Shown in pieces: positions 41,993 to 51,541 of a stretch of DNA of 64,000 nt. The position numbers and the translations under genes are program-made. The notes beneath the pieces were generated by a model that was not told the origin of the DNA, made no database searches, and saw only the letters and a program-made list of their open reading frames with translations. The DNA lies in NCBI GenBank assembly GCA_000002445.1, contig CH464491.1, positions 3,744,001-3,808,000 of the forward strand, given 5' to 3'. Every line of letters begins with the position of its first letter. Position 1 is the stretch's first letter. The DNA comes from Trypanosoma brucei (Eukaryota).

Positions 41993-44503
41993 ATGGGATC
42001 CCTATTCAAGCTACGTGACCATTGGTACACTAGGTATGGCGGGGAAGAGTTTAGTCACACACAGCCACTCGCTGTGGGAAATATTGACAATCATGCAAGT
42101 GGGGAGAACAAAATAATTATAGGTTCTTTTTCGGGGTTGCTACGCATTATGCAACCAATGAAGAAGGGTGCGGCCTTACCGGAAGATACACTTCTCGAAA
42201 AGGACCTTGGTGAACCAATCCTGCAGCTAGCATGTCGTCCCTTAGAGTTGAACTCTAAAGGAGTTGCAGCAAACCTATTAGCTGTGCTATTCCCCAAACG
42301 TCTCGCCCTTTTCCGTGTTAGGTGTGGGAAAACTAGGAGTGGAGAAAAGGAAAATTCTGGTGCCTTTAACGCGTCATGTAGCATTCACCTATGTTATAAA
42401 ACGTCCTTGGAGGGACATGCATACAATTTCACGTGTGGTGCTTTTGGTGGTGCTAAGCATGAGATGGTGTGCGTGCAGTCGATGGACGGCCAACTCACTA
42501 TCGTTGATCGCAACCTAGTTTTACTGCGGTTCCTTCTTCCAGAGAAGGAATTTCTTTTGCCGGGGTGTTTAACATACTGCCGTAATAGAGATTGCTTCCT
42601 CACGTGCAACTCCTCAATGAAGGTTCTGTGCTACAAATTTAGTGCGCTTACCAACGACCAGCCACAGACGGAAACTCAGGGCGGCGCTCTCAAGAGCATT
42701 AAGTCTGAGGAACACAAGGAAACTTTGACACCCTTGTGGGCGTTTCCGTTAGGTGAGGATGCAATTGCCATTGAAGTGTGTCGTTTTTCCCGTGGACTTG
42801 CAGAAAACGACGCTGACATCGTTATATTATGTCAGTACGCTTTGTTCGTTCTTAAGCTTAACGGCCAGATGCGGTATTCGAAGCGCCTGGACGTGGCGGG
42901 ATTGTGCCTTACCTCCTACGACGTACCTGCCGCCGGGGCGTCCAATGTCCTCGTTGGAACCGCAACTGGTTCGGTTTTAGTGTTTTCTGATACGTCACTC
43001 GAGTGGAGTGCAAAAATGACTGAGGGTGTTCCCTTGTGCATGGAAGTGACACAACTGATGGAGATGCAAGGGCTTGTTGTATCACTGAACACGGAAGGAA
43101 CTGTTGCAGTCAATTATCTTGGCACGGATCCGGAGGAGGAGCCAATTCAACCACTGCAGAGCAAAGAGGTAGATTACGCTGAAGCTGTTGATGAACTTCG
43201 ACGGGTGCAGCAAGCCATCAAGCGAATAACAAACGCGGAAGATGGTACGAGCAAGACGCGGGAGGCAGAAAAGGTATTGGAGGTGACTTGGGATGTTATT
43301 GGAGATGAAGAGAATTCTCCTGCAGAGGTCGTGGTGCTTCTAGTAATTCGAAATTGCAGCAAAGACATGACGGCGTTCCGAGTCACAGCACTTCTGCAGG
43401 TTGTAATACCTATTGAAGTGGATGCTCATAAACACACCATAGAGAGCATCACACCGGGTGGCAGTGCCCGCATTACAGTGCGATTCAGCACACCAAGCAG
43501 TCTAAATTATGTCATTCCCTCTTCCCTTGACGCACGAGTTGTGATCCTGTACACATGTGGCCGCACCACCGGGTGTAGTGTAGGTACCACTATACATCTT
43601 CCCTTTACCCTTGTGGCCCAGCCGATACCTTATGTGGATGCTTCAAATTTTGTGTTACAGTTTGACACAAACAAATCTGAACCCCCATCACTCATAGACG
43701 TCTTCACCGATTTTGCGCAAAGCGAGCACATATCGTCCAACTTGCTAGCAATACAGTACGTAAACGGTGCGCACGCAGTCCTTTTCGTATCGAGGAATGC
43801 TGGGAGGTTTCGATTGCAAGCCTCAACAATGGAGGCGTTGTGGCTCTTTACCTTCGAGTTACATGCAAGGTTACTTACTTTTTATGATTCGGAGGTGCAG
43901 TTCACCTTTCCAAATCCTATCCCATTGGATGATTACTTTCGGGTGATTGATGAGCACGTTGAGACGAGGAAGCAGCTCAACACGGCGAAGAATACACTTG
44001 CGCGGGCTTCTCAAATGTTTTTCGCAGTGCAAAAGCGTCTCTTGGCTCTTTTTCGCACTAACAGTTCAACATCTGTTGCACTAACAAGTACTCTGTTGGG
44101 GGCTTGCTACGGTAACCTTCAGCGGTGCACAGACACCGTTTGTCGACTTATCTTGCAAAGGAAAAAGGCGGCAGCATCACTGTGCTGCTGCTCAAGACTC
44201 GTTGTAATGGATTTGCTAATAAAGTGCCAAAAGACGCTGACTGATCCCGAGGATATTCATCTCATCGAGTCGATCTTTACATGTTCCATTGACGCTGATG
44301 ACGAATTAGACTGGGAAGAGAGCACCGATGCAGCGCTGGGTCGGCTTGTCGTAGGTAATAAAGGAAGCTGTGACTTCATACCGGCAGATCTTTCCGCCAA
44401 CGATGGTATGTTTGTAGAACCCAACGTCGAGCGCTTGAGGAAGCGGATTACTGAGTTTTTCGACAAACTTCTCAGTGGAGCATTGACCTCCTTCCTGAAG
44501 TGA
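41993..44503 (+). CDS. BBS9: BBSome subunit BBS9 (PTHB1)
   Basis: 836 aa. The N-terminus aligns with human BBS9: MGSLFKLRDHWYTRYGGEEFSHTQPLAVGNIDNHASGENKIIIGSFSGLLRIMQP versus MSLFKARDWWSTILGDKEEFDQGCLCLANVDNSGNGQDKIIVGSFMGYLRIFSP. Confidence 0.8.
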   Translation: MGSLFKLRDHWYTRYGGEEFSHTQPLAVGNIDNHASGENKIIIGSFSGLLRIMQPMKKGAALPEDTLLEKDLGEPILQLACRPLELNSKGVAANLLAVLFPKRLALFRVRCGKTRSGEKENSGAFNASCSIHLCYKTSLEGHAYNFTCGAFGGAKHEMVCVQSMDGQLTIVDRNLVLLRFLLPEKEFLLPGCLTYCRNRDCFLTCNSSMKVLCYKFSALTNDQPQTETQGGALKSIKSEEHKETLTPLWAFPLGEDAIAIEVCRFSRGLAENDADIVILCQYALFVLKLNGQMRYSKRLDVAGLCLTSYDVPAAGASNVLVGTATGSVLVFSDTSLEWSAKMTEGVPLCMEVTQLMEMQGLVVSLNTEGTVAVNYLGTDPEEEPIQPLQSKEVDYAEAVDELRRVQQAIKRITNAEDGTSKTREAEKVLEVTWDVIGDEENSPAEVVVLLVIRNCSKDMTAFRVTALLQVVIPIEVDAHKHTIESITPGGSARITVRFSTPSSLNYVIPSSLDARVVILYTCGRTTGCSVGTTIHLPFTLVAQPIPYVDASNFVLQFDTNKSEPPSLIDVFTDFAQSEHISSNLLAIQYVNGAHAVLFVSRNAGRFRLQASTMEALWLFTFELHARLLTFYDSEVQFTFPNPIPLDDYFRVIDEHVETRKQLNTAKNTLARASQMFFAVQKRLLALFRTNSSTSVALTSTLLGACYGNLQRCTDTVCRLILQRKKAAASLCCCSRLVVMDLLIKCQKTLTDPEDIHLIESIFTCSIDADDELDWEESTDAALGRLVVGNKGSCDFIPADLSANDGMFVEPNVERLRKRITEFFDKLLSGALTSFLK

Positions 44504-44850
44504 GTATAAATGACGCTACCACCTGCGTTGGATCTTTTTGCGAACATCCGACCCACGCGCGGACAAATATGCAAAGTTTGAAAAAAACAGAAAGAAACGG
44601 AGCCGACAATGCGTCGAGTGGCGATTTCACATTTTTGTTTTCCGTCTTGGTTTGCCGTCAGCTACTTTGGAGAATTTCTCTGTGCTAAATTGTTGTTACC
44701 ACTGTTTCATTTTCATTTTTTTCCTTTCCGACGGCTACAGCTTTGCCCCCTTTTCCCTTTCAATTTATCCTTTCCTGCTCCCCAAATCCCCTTGAGAGGA
44801 AGATCTTCAGTGTCTCCTTGTATTACTGGGAAGGGGGCGAAGACGAAGAA

Positions 44851-46179
44851 ATGGCTAGTGTTTTACCATCCGCTCCACCGGGATCGGCTGTTATTTCCTC
44901 TAAGAGGAGGTCTCGAAGGGGCGCTCAAAGGTTGGCAGGCAAGCAACCCGATGTCAAACATATTGGTGTAAGTCAAACGGTTATTGACAGACTCGATTTG
45001 ATGAGTTTACACCAGGAGCTCCTGGAAACATTTTCCACATTTGACGTGCAAGGGGGGATGCGGCGGAAGGGTCAAAGGGGATCCTTTGCCTCTAAATTCA
45101 ACCATGTACCCATAGCAAAAGGAATCGTGAACAGAACTAATTCTTGTTTTATGAACGCAATGCTCCAGGCAATAATTTTTACCCCGCCCCTTGCTCAATT
45201 GATCATTTCTGCTTCCGACAGTGAGTTGTGCCCAACACTCTCTGCGTTAGGCAAGTGGATGTTGAGTTATTGGACGAAACCAGCTAATCAATCTATTAGC
45301 CCCCCTCAACTCTCCGTTGCTCAGTCTGCAAATGAGGGAGTCGCCTCGACGTACTTGCTGTTGGCCAGAATGAACGGCTATGCGCAAGAAGATGCGCTTG
45401 AGTTTTTACAGCATCTTCTCGATACGATAAATACTGAGCTGTGCTCTTTGGAAAAACATTACTGTAATCGTGCTGCGATTGATAGTGGCGATGAAAAAGG
45501 ATGGACATTTGTGCATGGGCGTGAGCGCCGATCGTTGCGCGAGGAGAAAACAGGACCCCACTCGATTCTACTCGACGCTGTGTTTGGTGGTACGATACAA
45601 AGCCACTTGAAGGGAAAGAGCCGTGTCCGAAGCCACGCCTCCGTTGTTTTAGATCGCTTCTTTGTGTTACAGGTTGATGTTGGTTTTAATGCTGAGTGCA
45701 CGTTGGAGGAGGCCCTCGAACGCACACTCCAGACAGAGAAAGTGTACGATGATTCACGTGCGAAAGACTTGGTAAAGACAATGAAACTGCACCAGCTGCC
45801 GCTAGTGCTCTTCGCCCAACTACGGAGATGGGCCGTGACAGCTGAGGGTGAACTTGTAAAACTCGATAACATTGTACGCTTTGGAAAGACGCTGGTGTTG
45901 CCCAAGTCTATATGCTCGGATGAAACGTTGAGCGGGACGGCAAGAACGTATCAACTTGTTGCGTTTGTGGCTCACCGTGGCTCCGCGACGGGTTGTGGCC
46001 ATTATGTGACGTATATTGTGAACGCGTCTTTACCTGAGAACGCGCGTTCTAATTCATTGGTTACCGGGGGAGAAGAAGTGCTTACACTCTGCAATGACGT
46101 GCGGATTTCACATGTCACCATGCGGGAGGCGATTGAAGGCGAAGCGGCGTACTTGTTAGTGTACCAGCGCAAGACATGA
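44851..46179 (+). CDS. Ubiquitin carboxyl-terminal hydrolase (USP/UBP family deubiquitinase)
   Basis: The track ORF starts at TTG 44743; the first ATG is 44851 (MASVLPS). The Cys box is NRTNSCFMNAMLQAIIFTPPL (Cys codon 45145-45147). The His box is YQLVAFVAHRGSATGCGHYVTYIV. Confidence 0.85.
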   Translation: MASVLPSAPPGSAVISSKRRSRRGAQRLAGKQPDVKHIGVSQTVIDRLDLMSLHQELLETFSTFDVQGGMRRKGQRGSFASKFNHVPIAKGIVNRTNSCFMNAMLQAIIFTPPLAQLIISASDSELCPTLSALGKWMLSYWTKPANQSISPPQLSVAQSANEGVASTYLLLARMNGYAQEDALEFLQHLLDTINTELCSLEKHYCNRAAIDSGDEKGWTFVHGRERRSLREEKTGPHSILLDAVFGGTIQSHLKGKSRVRSHASVVLDRFFVLQVDVGFNAECTLEEALERTLQTEKVYDDSRAKDLVKTMKLHQLPLVLFAQLRRWAVTAEGELVKLDNIVRFGKTLVLPKSICSDETLSGTARTYQLVAFVAHRGSATGCGHYVTYIVNASLPENARSNSLVTGGEEVLTLCNDVRISHVTMREAIEGEAAYLLVYQRKT

Positions 46180-46412
46180 AATTTGTCTTTTTATCGTAGT
46201 TCATGTGAGTATGCGAGATGAACTGTATAAGTGTACTTTCTCGTTGCTTCACGCCACGTGTATATATTATATACTGAGGACGAATTTAAACACCGCTTCT
46301 GCTTGTGCAAATGTGTGACTCATTATTTGTGGGTTAAATGTACCGGCTCCCATACCTTCGCTTGTAGTTGTGGTTTTCGAATGGTGAACCACTCGAAGGA
46401 GTAGTTTTCTCT

Positions 46413-46452
46413 CCTCTTTTTTTTTTTTTTACCTCTCTTTCTTTTTTTTCGT
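46413..46452 (+). promoter_or_regulatory. Long T/C tract: candidate trans-splicing and polyadenylation-coupling signal between USP and RPB7
   Basis: The sequence ctctcctctttttttttttttttacctctctttcttttttttcg is seen directly. Confidence 0.4.
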
Positions 46453-46621
46453 GTAGGTGATCGTGTAGAAGTTTAGCTTCCGCGTTTCACGGTACATATT
46501 TTCCGTACGTGCACCAGCAAGTGCACATAAAAAGACCTGTGATTCCTGCGTGTGTGAATAAAAATTTTAGAGTCCAGACTCTGGAGTACAGACGCTGTGG
46601 AGCTGTAAAGAAAAAGAAGGT

Positions 46622-47194
46622 ATGTTCTACAAAATGAAATTGGAGAGGAATATAAAAGTGGAGCCTCATCTTCTAGAGCGGACCTTACACCGCCATCTTG
46701 AAGAGTACCTTCGTAAGGCGGTTGAGGGGACGCCGCTGCACCTATCGCTAGGAAATGCGTTGCGAAGTGGTTTGGCCCGCACAAATCAGAATTCTTCGGC
46801 GGTCATTATTGCCGTCCTCGACATATTAAACACAAGTTCGCTGGAAGGAAGGGTGTTGGATGACGGGAGCGTGTCCTTCTTCGTGAAGTACGAGGGGCTT
46901 GTGTTTAAACTTCACCGTGGTGAGGTAATTGACGTGATAGTCAGTAGTGTGGAGCGTGAGGGCTGGTGGGGTGACGTAATGGGCGTCGGGCGCATGTACA
47001 TTAGTCGTGGACAAATGGGCAATGAGTGGGTTTACGAAAGTGATGGTATGAGGGGTATTTGGATCACAAAAGATGGCGCACGGTCCGTAAAGGAGGGGGA
47101 AATTGTTCGCGTACGTGTGGTTGCGGAGACACCACAGTCGGAAGGCGTACTGGCAGTTGGTTCGATGGTAGGGAATTATTTAGGACCACTGTAG
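46622..47194 (+). CDS. RPB7: DNA-directed RNA polymerase subunit of the Rpb7/E family (most likely RPB7; RPC25 not excluded)
   Basis: 190 aa. The N-terminal RNP-like and S1-like regions align with eukaryotic Rpb7: MFYKMKLERNIKVEPHLL...YLRKAVEGT, and SVSFFVKYEGLVFKLHRGEVIDVIVSSVEREGWWGDV~[35 protein letters not shown]. Its position relative to CRM1 fits my unverified recollection of T. brucei chr 11 synteny. Confidence 0.7.
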   Translation: MFYKMKLERNIKVEPHLLERTLHRHLEEYLRKAVEGTPLHLSLGNALRSGLARTNQNSSAVIIAVLDILNTSSLEGRVLDDGSVSFFVKYEGLVFKLHRGEVIDVIVSSVEREGWWGDVMGVGRMYISRGQMGNEWVYESDGMRGIWITKDGARSVKEGEIVRVRVVAETPQSEGVLAVGSMVGNYLGPL

Positions 47195-47468
47195 TGTTGA
47201 TTGTAATGAAAGTGGCAAACTGAGAGAAATGTGGATGAGGAAATGCAAGAACAGCGGAGAGGGACTGAATCACAGTTTTAAATGATTATAAATGCATATA
47301 TGCATCTTTCAGTCAACGCATGCGCGGACTTGTGCACATACAGTGCTATCGGCTATTTTTTAGAACATGTGCGTTTGTGCAAATGATGACTTCTACCTCT
47401 ACTAGTGACTAGTCTTTATTTTCCTAAATATTTTCTTCTGGTTAAGTGTATTGTAAACTAAAGGAGAG

Positions 47469-47759
47469 ATGCAACATGACAATGTTGGAGACCGGGAGTC
47501 GAAGCGCACCAGTGAGTTAGACGACAAGAGGCGTTCTGCGTATCGATGGTCACTTGCGATACTTGGACTGGCCACTGTTGTTACCTTTGCATTCGCCTGG
47601 CGGAAGTTGTACCGATTTAACCAACGTGAGTTGGTTTTGCAACGGAAACTGCAAATGGATAGGTCACTTGCCGCCGCTCTGGCGGAGGTGCCCGGTCGCC
47701 GTTTTACGGTAATGGATGTAAACCCAGAAGCTCTCCGTAAGAGCGCACTAATCACATGA
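47469..47759 (+). CDS. Possible small single-pass membrane protein (96 aa), hypothetical
   Basis: An ATG ORF inside a 1.3-kb gap. It has a charged N-terminus, one clear hydrophobic helix (WSLAILGLATVVTFAFAW) and a basic C-terminal tail. The composition is protein-like, but there is no homology evidence and it could be UTR. Confidence 0.3.
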   Translation: MQHDNVGDRESKRTSELDDKRRSAYRWSLAILGLATVVTFAFAWRKLYRFNQRELVLQRKLQMDRSLAAALAEVPGRRFTVMDVNPEALRKSALIT

Positions 47760-48528
47760 AAGAAGCGTAGAACAGACATTGTTCTGCGGGCGATGCCGCG
47801 ATGGGGAAGATGATTGTGTCAAATGTGCCACTTTAGTCTTTATCGTTCCTGCGCATATTGTTCAAAGTTTTTCTTAATCTTTTTTTTCTACTCGGCGCGG
47901 ACGAAATTATAGCATATATATATATACATATTGCCCTGTTAACGCGTTTACGTTAGTTTTTCTGAGCTTCCTGTTCACTAACAGTGCAAGAACCATCAAG
48001 CGGCACTTAAAGTTTTCTCTGCGTGCTCTTCTTCTGTTGTATACACATATGTGTGGCTTGTGATAATGATTTAGTACGTTACATAGAGTTAGGAGCTGTG
48101 ATAGTTGGTTGAGAGTGGTTGTGTACCTGTTTTGAGCAGCGTGCGTGAGAAGCACCCGTTAGCTGCTATACTGGTTTCACAACAGGCATCAAAACGCAAC
48201 GCGCAAACTGAATAAGGTGAGTTGAGGGAATAACAGGAGATATTCAGTTTGTTGAGAGCTGCCGATTTTGAACCTCACCAAGGTAAAATAATAATAGTGG
48301 ATCCGCATCTTCCCTCTTGAGGTAGTGGTAGTGAGCGAGCGTTAGCAATACGGTCGTGTCACTCTTTGCAAGGGAAAAGGTGGGGACGTGTAACCAACCT
48401 TGTCCTTTACACACGACTCCGTGTTTTGTTACCTCACAACCACGTTTCATTCACCGCTGAGACGTGACCACTGAAGTCACATATACTCTTGCTGATAGGT
48501 GAGAAAGGTGATTGTGGGTTTCTTGGTA

Positions 48529-49809
48529 ATGTCAAGCGGTTGCGCACCACATTACCGAACTAATTTATGTCCACCATTACGCGAACTGAAAAGCAACGGT
48601 GAAGAAGTCGATACTTATGCAAATATGTGGCAGTACCATTGTGAGCGTCGCGGGGAAATCCAGGTTGGTGAAACGATTGGCTACGGCGGTGACCGTGGTT
48701 CTATGGTCTACAGCGTCGTGCGTTGTTGTTCTCCAGGACTAAGCAGCGTGAACTGCCAACTTGTTCTTAAAGTGTACTCTACGGAGATCAACGAGAATGA
48801 ATTTGAGTTTATTAAAATACTTTTGGGACTCGATGATCATCAGTCAGAGGATGCAGTTATGCGGAAAAGCATATGCCGGACACTGCCGTACTTGGTGTTG
48901 CCCATGGCGACCGTCCGTGTTGATGGAGTCGATCGTGGAATTCTCATGGCGAAACGAGAAAGGAACCTAAAGGAGTTACTCATCTATGCATCAAAGCGAC
49001 ACGGGAGCAGAGGTAATGCCATAATAAATCGCTGTGATGACACTATGGGTAACCAAGAAAGTAGGGAGGGTGTGAACTACCAGCGAACTGCGTTTCGCTG
49101 GAAGAAGGACTTTTTACCAATTCTACAGATGGAGGTCATCATCGCCATCTCGTTTCAACTCGTACTTGCAACCGCTTGTTTGAATGAGGAGCTTCCTCAC
49201 ACTGTGAGCGGCATTTCCTACAGTGGTTTCGCGCACAATGATATTCATCTTGAAAACATACTAGTGGAGGAAAAGGAAGGTCGTGTTGCTCTCTGTGATT
49301 TTGAACTCGTAAGTTCAAGCCCAGGAAGCAGTAGTGACAAAGGACCGCGACTTCAGCCACCACAAAGGAGACTTCCGCCTCCGTGCAGGCGTTCTCCACG
49401 TGACTTCTTCTGCCGGAAAGCAGACTCATGGGGCATTGGTCTTGTAATCATTTCACTTCTTACGGGCATTGATCCACTTTTTGATAGCACTGTTGTGTTG
49501 GATGATTTCGGTGAGGGCCCAATACTTAGGAGTCATGAATTCTACAAGGGCAACCTTCAGGTGCTTGACTGGGAGCAGAATATAAAACCGCACGTGGAGA
49601 AGCTACTTATTCACGATGATCCAACTGGCAGACGACTGAAGGAGGCGCAACCCCTTCTACATTTGTGCTCTAAATGCCTCGTGAATAACCCTCGAGCAGA
49701 CCCGTGTATTCCAATCGAGTTACTTTCCGATCCTGTCTTCAGTTGTTTCGTCAGCAAAGAGAAGGTGTCTGAAAATATCTTGATCTCGTGGATAAAGCAG
49801 ATTGGTTAA
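48529..49809 (+). CDS. Protein kinase-like protein, predicted pseudokinase (degenerate catalytic loop and DFG)
   Basis: The track ORF starts at GTG 48499; the first ATG is 48529. A glycine-rich loop is present (GETIGYGGDRGSMVYSV), followed by a beta-3 candidate Lys (LVLKVYSTE). The catalytic loop is HNDIHLENILV, so HRD has become HND and the loop Lys is replaced by His. The activation-loop anchor is DFE rather than DFG. There is a proline/Arg-rich insert (PQRRLPPPCRRSPRDFF). Confidence 0.65.
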   Translation: MSSGCAPHYRTNLCPPLRELKSNGEEVDTYANMWQYHCERRGEIQVGETIGYGGDRGSMVYSVVRCCSPGLSSVNCQLVLKVYSTEINENEFEFIKILLGLDDHQSEDAVMRKSICRTLPYLVLPMATVRVDGVDRGILMAKRERNLKELLIYASKRHGSRGNAIINRCDDTMGNQESREGVNYQRTAFRWKKDFLPILQMEVIIAISFQLVLATACLNEELPHTVSGISYSGFAHNDIHLENILVEEKEGRVALCDFELVSSSPGSSSDKGPRLQPPQRRLPPPCRRSPRDFFCRKADSWGIGLVIISLLTGIDPLFDSTVVLDDFGEGPILRSHEFYKGNLQVLDWEQNIKPHVEKLLIHDDPTGRRLKEAQPLLHLCSKCLVNNPRADPCIPIELLSDPVFSCFVSKEKVSENILISWIKQIG

Positions 49810-50153
49810 AAGTACTGGTGTTGGTGGAATATGTAATTTGTGGGGATTTGAACAAGTTACATGAGCGTTTCTTTCCTATATGTTGGTCTCTATCCATGTA
49901 CTAACATCGTATGAGGCATTTTTCATTAGCTGCATTTTCGTTGCATCTCCTCTTCACCAAAGTCTCATGTGAATGGAGAATATGAGGGATGTAATTGTAT
50001 TTTGCTGCGCAGCTACGCACCACGTTAGTCACCCATATGACTGTCTCATCTCCGGTAGGGCTGTAAAAGGAGTGACACAAATTGACGATGTAACTTCGTC
50101 CTTTGGCATGTGGTGTGTTGGTGTTCTTTTTATGAGGTGAATATGTGTCGTTT

Positions 50154-50182
50154 TTTGTTGTTGTTTTTGTTGTTGTTGTTGT
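50154..50182. repeat. (GTT)n trinucleotide microsatellite
   Basis: The sequence ttgttgttgtttttgttgttgttgttgtc is seen directly. Confidence 0.85.
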
Positions 50183-50572
50183 CGCGTCTGTGCGGCTGGG
50201 TGTGATGGGGGAGGGCCACATGCGGTGGTGTGACATGCCGCTAACTAATGTGCATATATAAGCATGCAAGTGGTGAGAAACATGCTGTACCCTGATGCAC
50301 GTTGTGTGTGAATGGACTGTTGGAAGAGTTGACGTTTCCGTCTTGGGAAGAGAGCTGAAACGTTTGTATATTTTTCTTTTTTTTGTTTTGCCTCTCATAT
50401 CCAGGATATTTTATCTTAATAGTGAGGCTTGTGCACTTGGCAAAGCGTAATGTCCCAGAGGCCCAGCAACACAACATTTTGTTTTATGCACGATCTAGTG
50501 TGCCAATGATAGTGTTATGGGTAGCGAGAACATTAGTGAGTCTACAAGCGATAGGTGTGTGCGCGCGCTCGC

Positions 50573-50589
50573 GTGTGTGTGTGTGTGTG
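50573..50589. repeat. (GT)n microsatellite
   Basis: The sequence gtgtgtgtgtgtgtgtg is seen directly. Confidence 0.9.
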
Positions 50590-50700
50590 ATAAAGGAACA
50601 ACGAGGGAAGAGGGCGAAAAAAAAACAAAGCAAGATTGGGAGCTTCAGCTCTCTCTATATTTGGTTGCATGAGAAAAAGAGGTCCGGCGGTGTGTGCGTG

Positions 50701-50735
50701 GGCAGGGGAGGGGGAAGGGGAGGCGGAGTGGGAAT
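50701..50735 (+). other. G-tract with four G3+ runs (potential G-quadruplex on the sense/transcribed strand)
   Basis: ggcaggggagggggaaggggaggcggagtggg has runs GGGG, GGGGG, GGGG and GGG with loops of 1, 2 and 9 nt. Confidence 0.5.
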
Positions 50736-51249
50736 GCGGCAGTAAAGTTGTTGACCAATATTAATACTTCGCGTGTGTAAGATGTTAGACTCCTCTCTTT
50801 TTATTTTGACCCGCTTGTACCTGCGTGGGGAGACCCGTCTCGCACTTTCTTTCCCTCCATTGACCTTTTCTTCATCTTTGCTGTTTTGCTTCCGCGCTCC
50901 CTTGTCTTTCTTTCATTTGGATACCGTCGTTTCCCTGTTATTACGCGGCACACCATTACAGTGAAGATTGCAACCTTCTTGGCAACAAATTGTTTAGGGA
51001 AGAACAATAATATTGTTGTGTGAAAAAAGGCGCTTTGACACTGCGATATGTCACGCGCCACTCTGCTTTGACCGCATAGGCAAATGAATGTTTCGTCATT
51101 AACCTTTCTATTGACATTTTGTTCTGCTTGTTAGTGATTTTTTTTTCTATTTTATTGGTGTATTTACCTGTGTTCCAAAACTCAGTCGTTCGTACACCTG
51201 CCTCGTTGCAATTTGAGGTCCGTTTCGCATGTGTTTCTTCATAAAAGCT

Positions 51250-51278
51250 CTCCATACGTGTCCCTTCCCTCCCTCCAG
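51250..51278 (+). promoter_or_regulatory. Polypyrimidine tract + AG upstream of peptide deformylase
   Basis: The sequence tccatacgtgtcccttccctccctccag is seen directly. Confidence 0.35.
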
Positions 51279-51541
51279 GCAGCACTCTTAAAATCATCAT
51301 TGATTTTTTGTGCACATGTTGTCTTCATTCCTTCGTGTATGTTTCCTGCTCGACCTACTTTTTGTTCAACCCAACTGGCAATCTTCCGTCACATCCTTTC
51401 ACTTTGGTTGATCTATTGTTATCCTTTTCGATATATGTGTATGCGTTTGCATGGAATTGGGCTCATAATCATTATACTAGCGTAGCCACATTATCACTGT
51501 AATACCGTGGCTGGGGAAGAGTGTAACTTAGTTCCTGGGCT

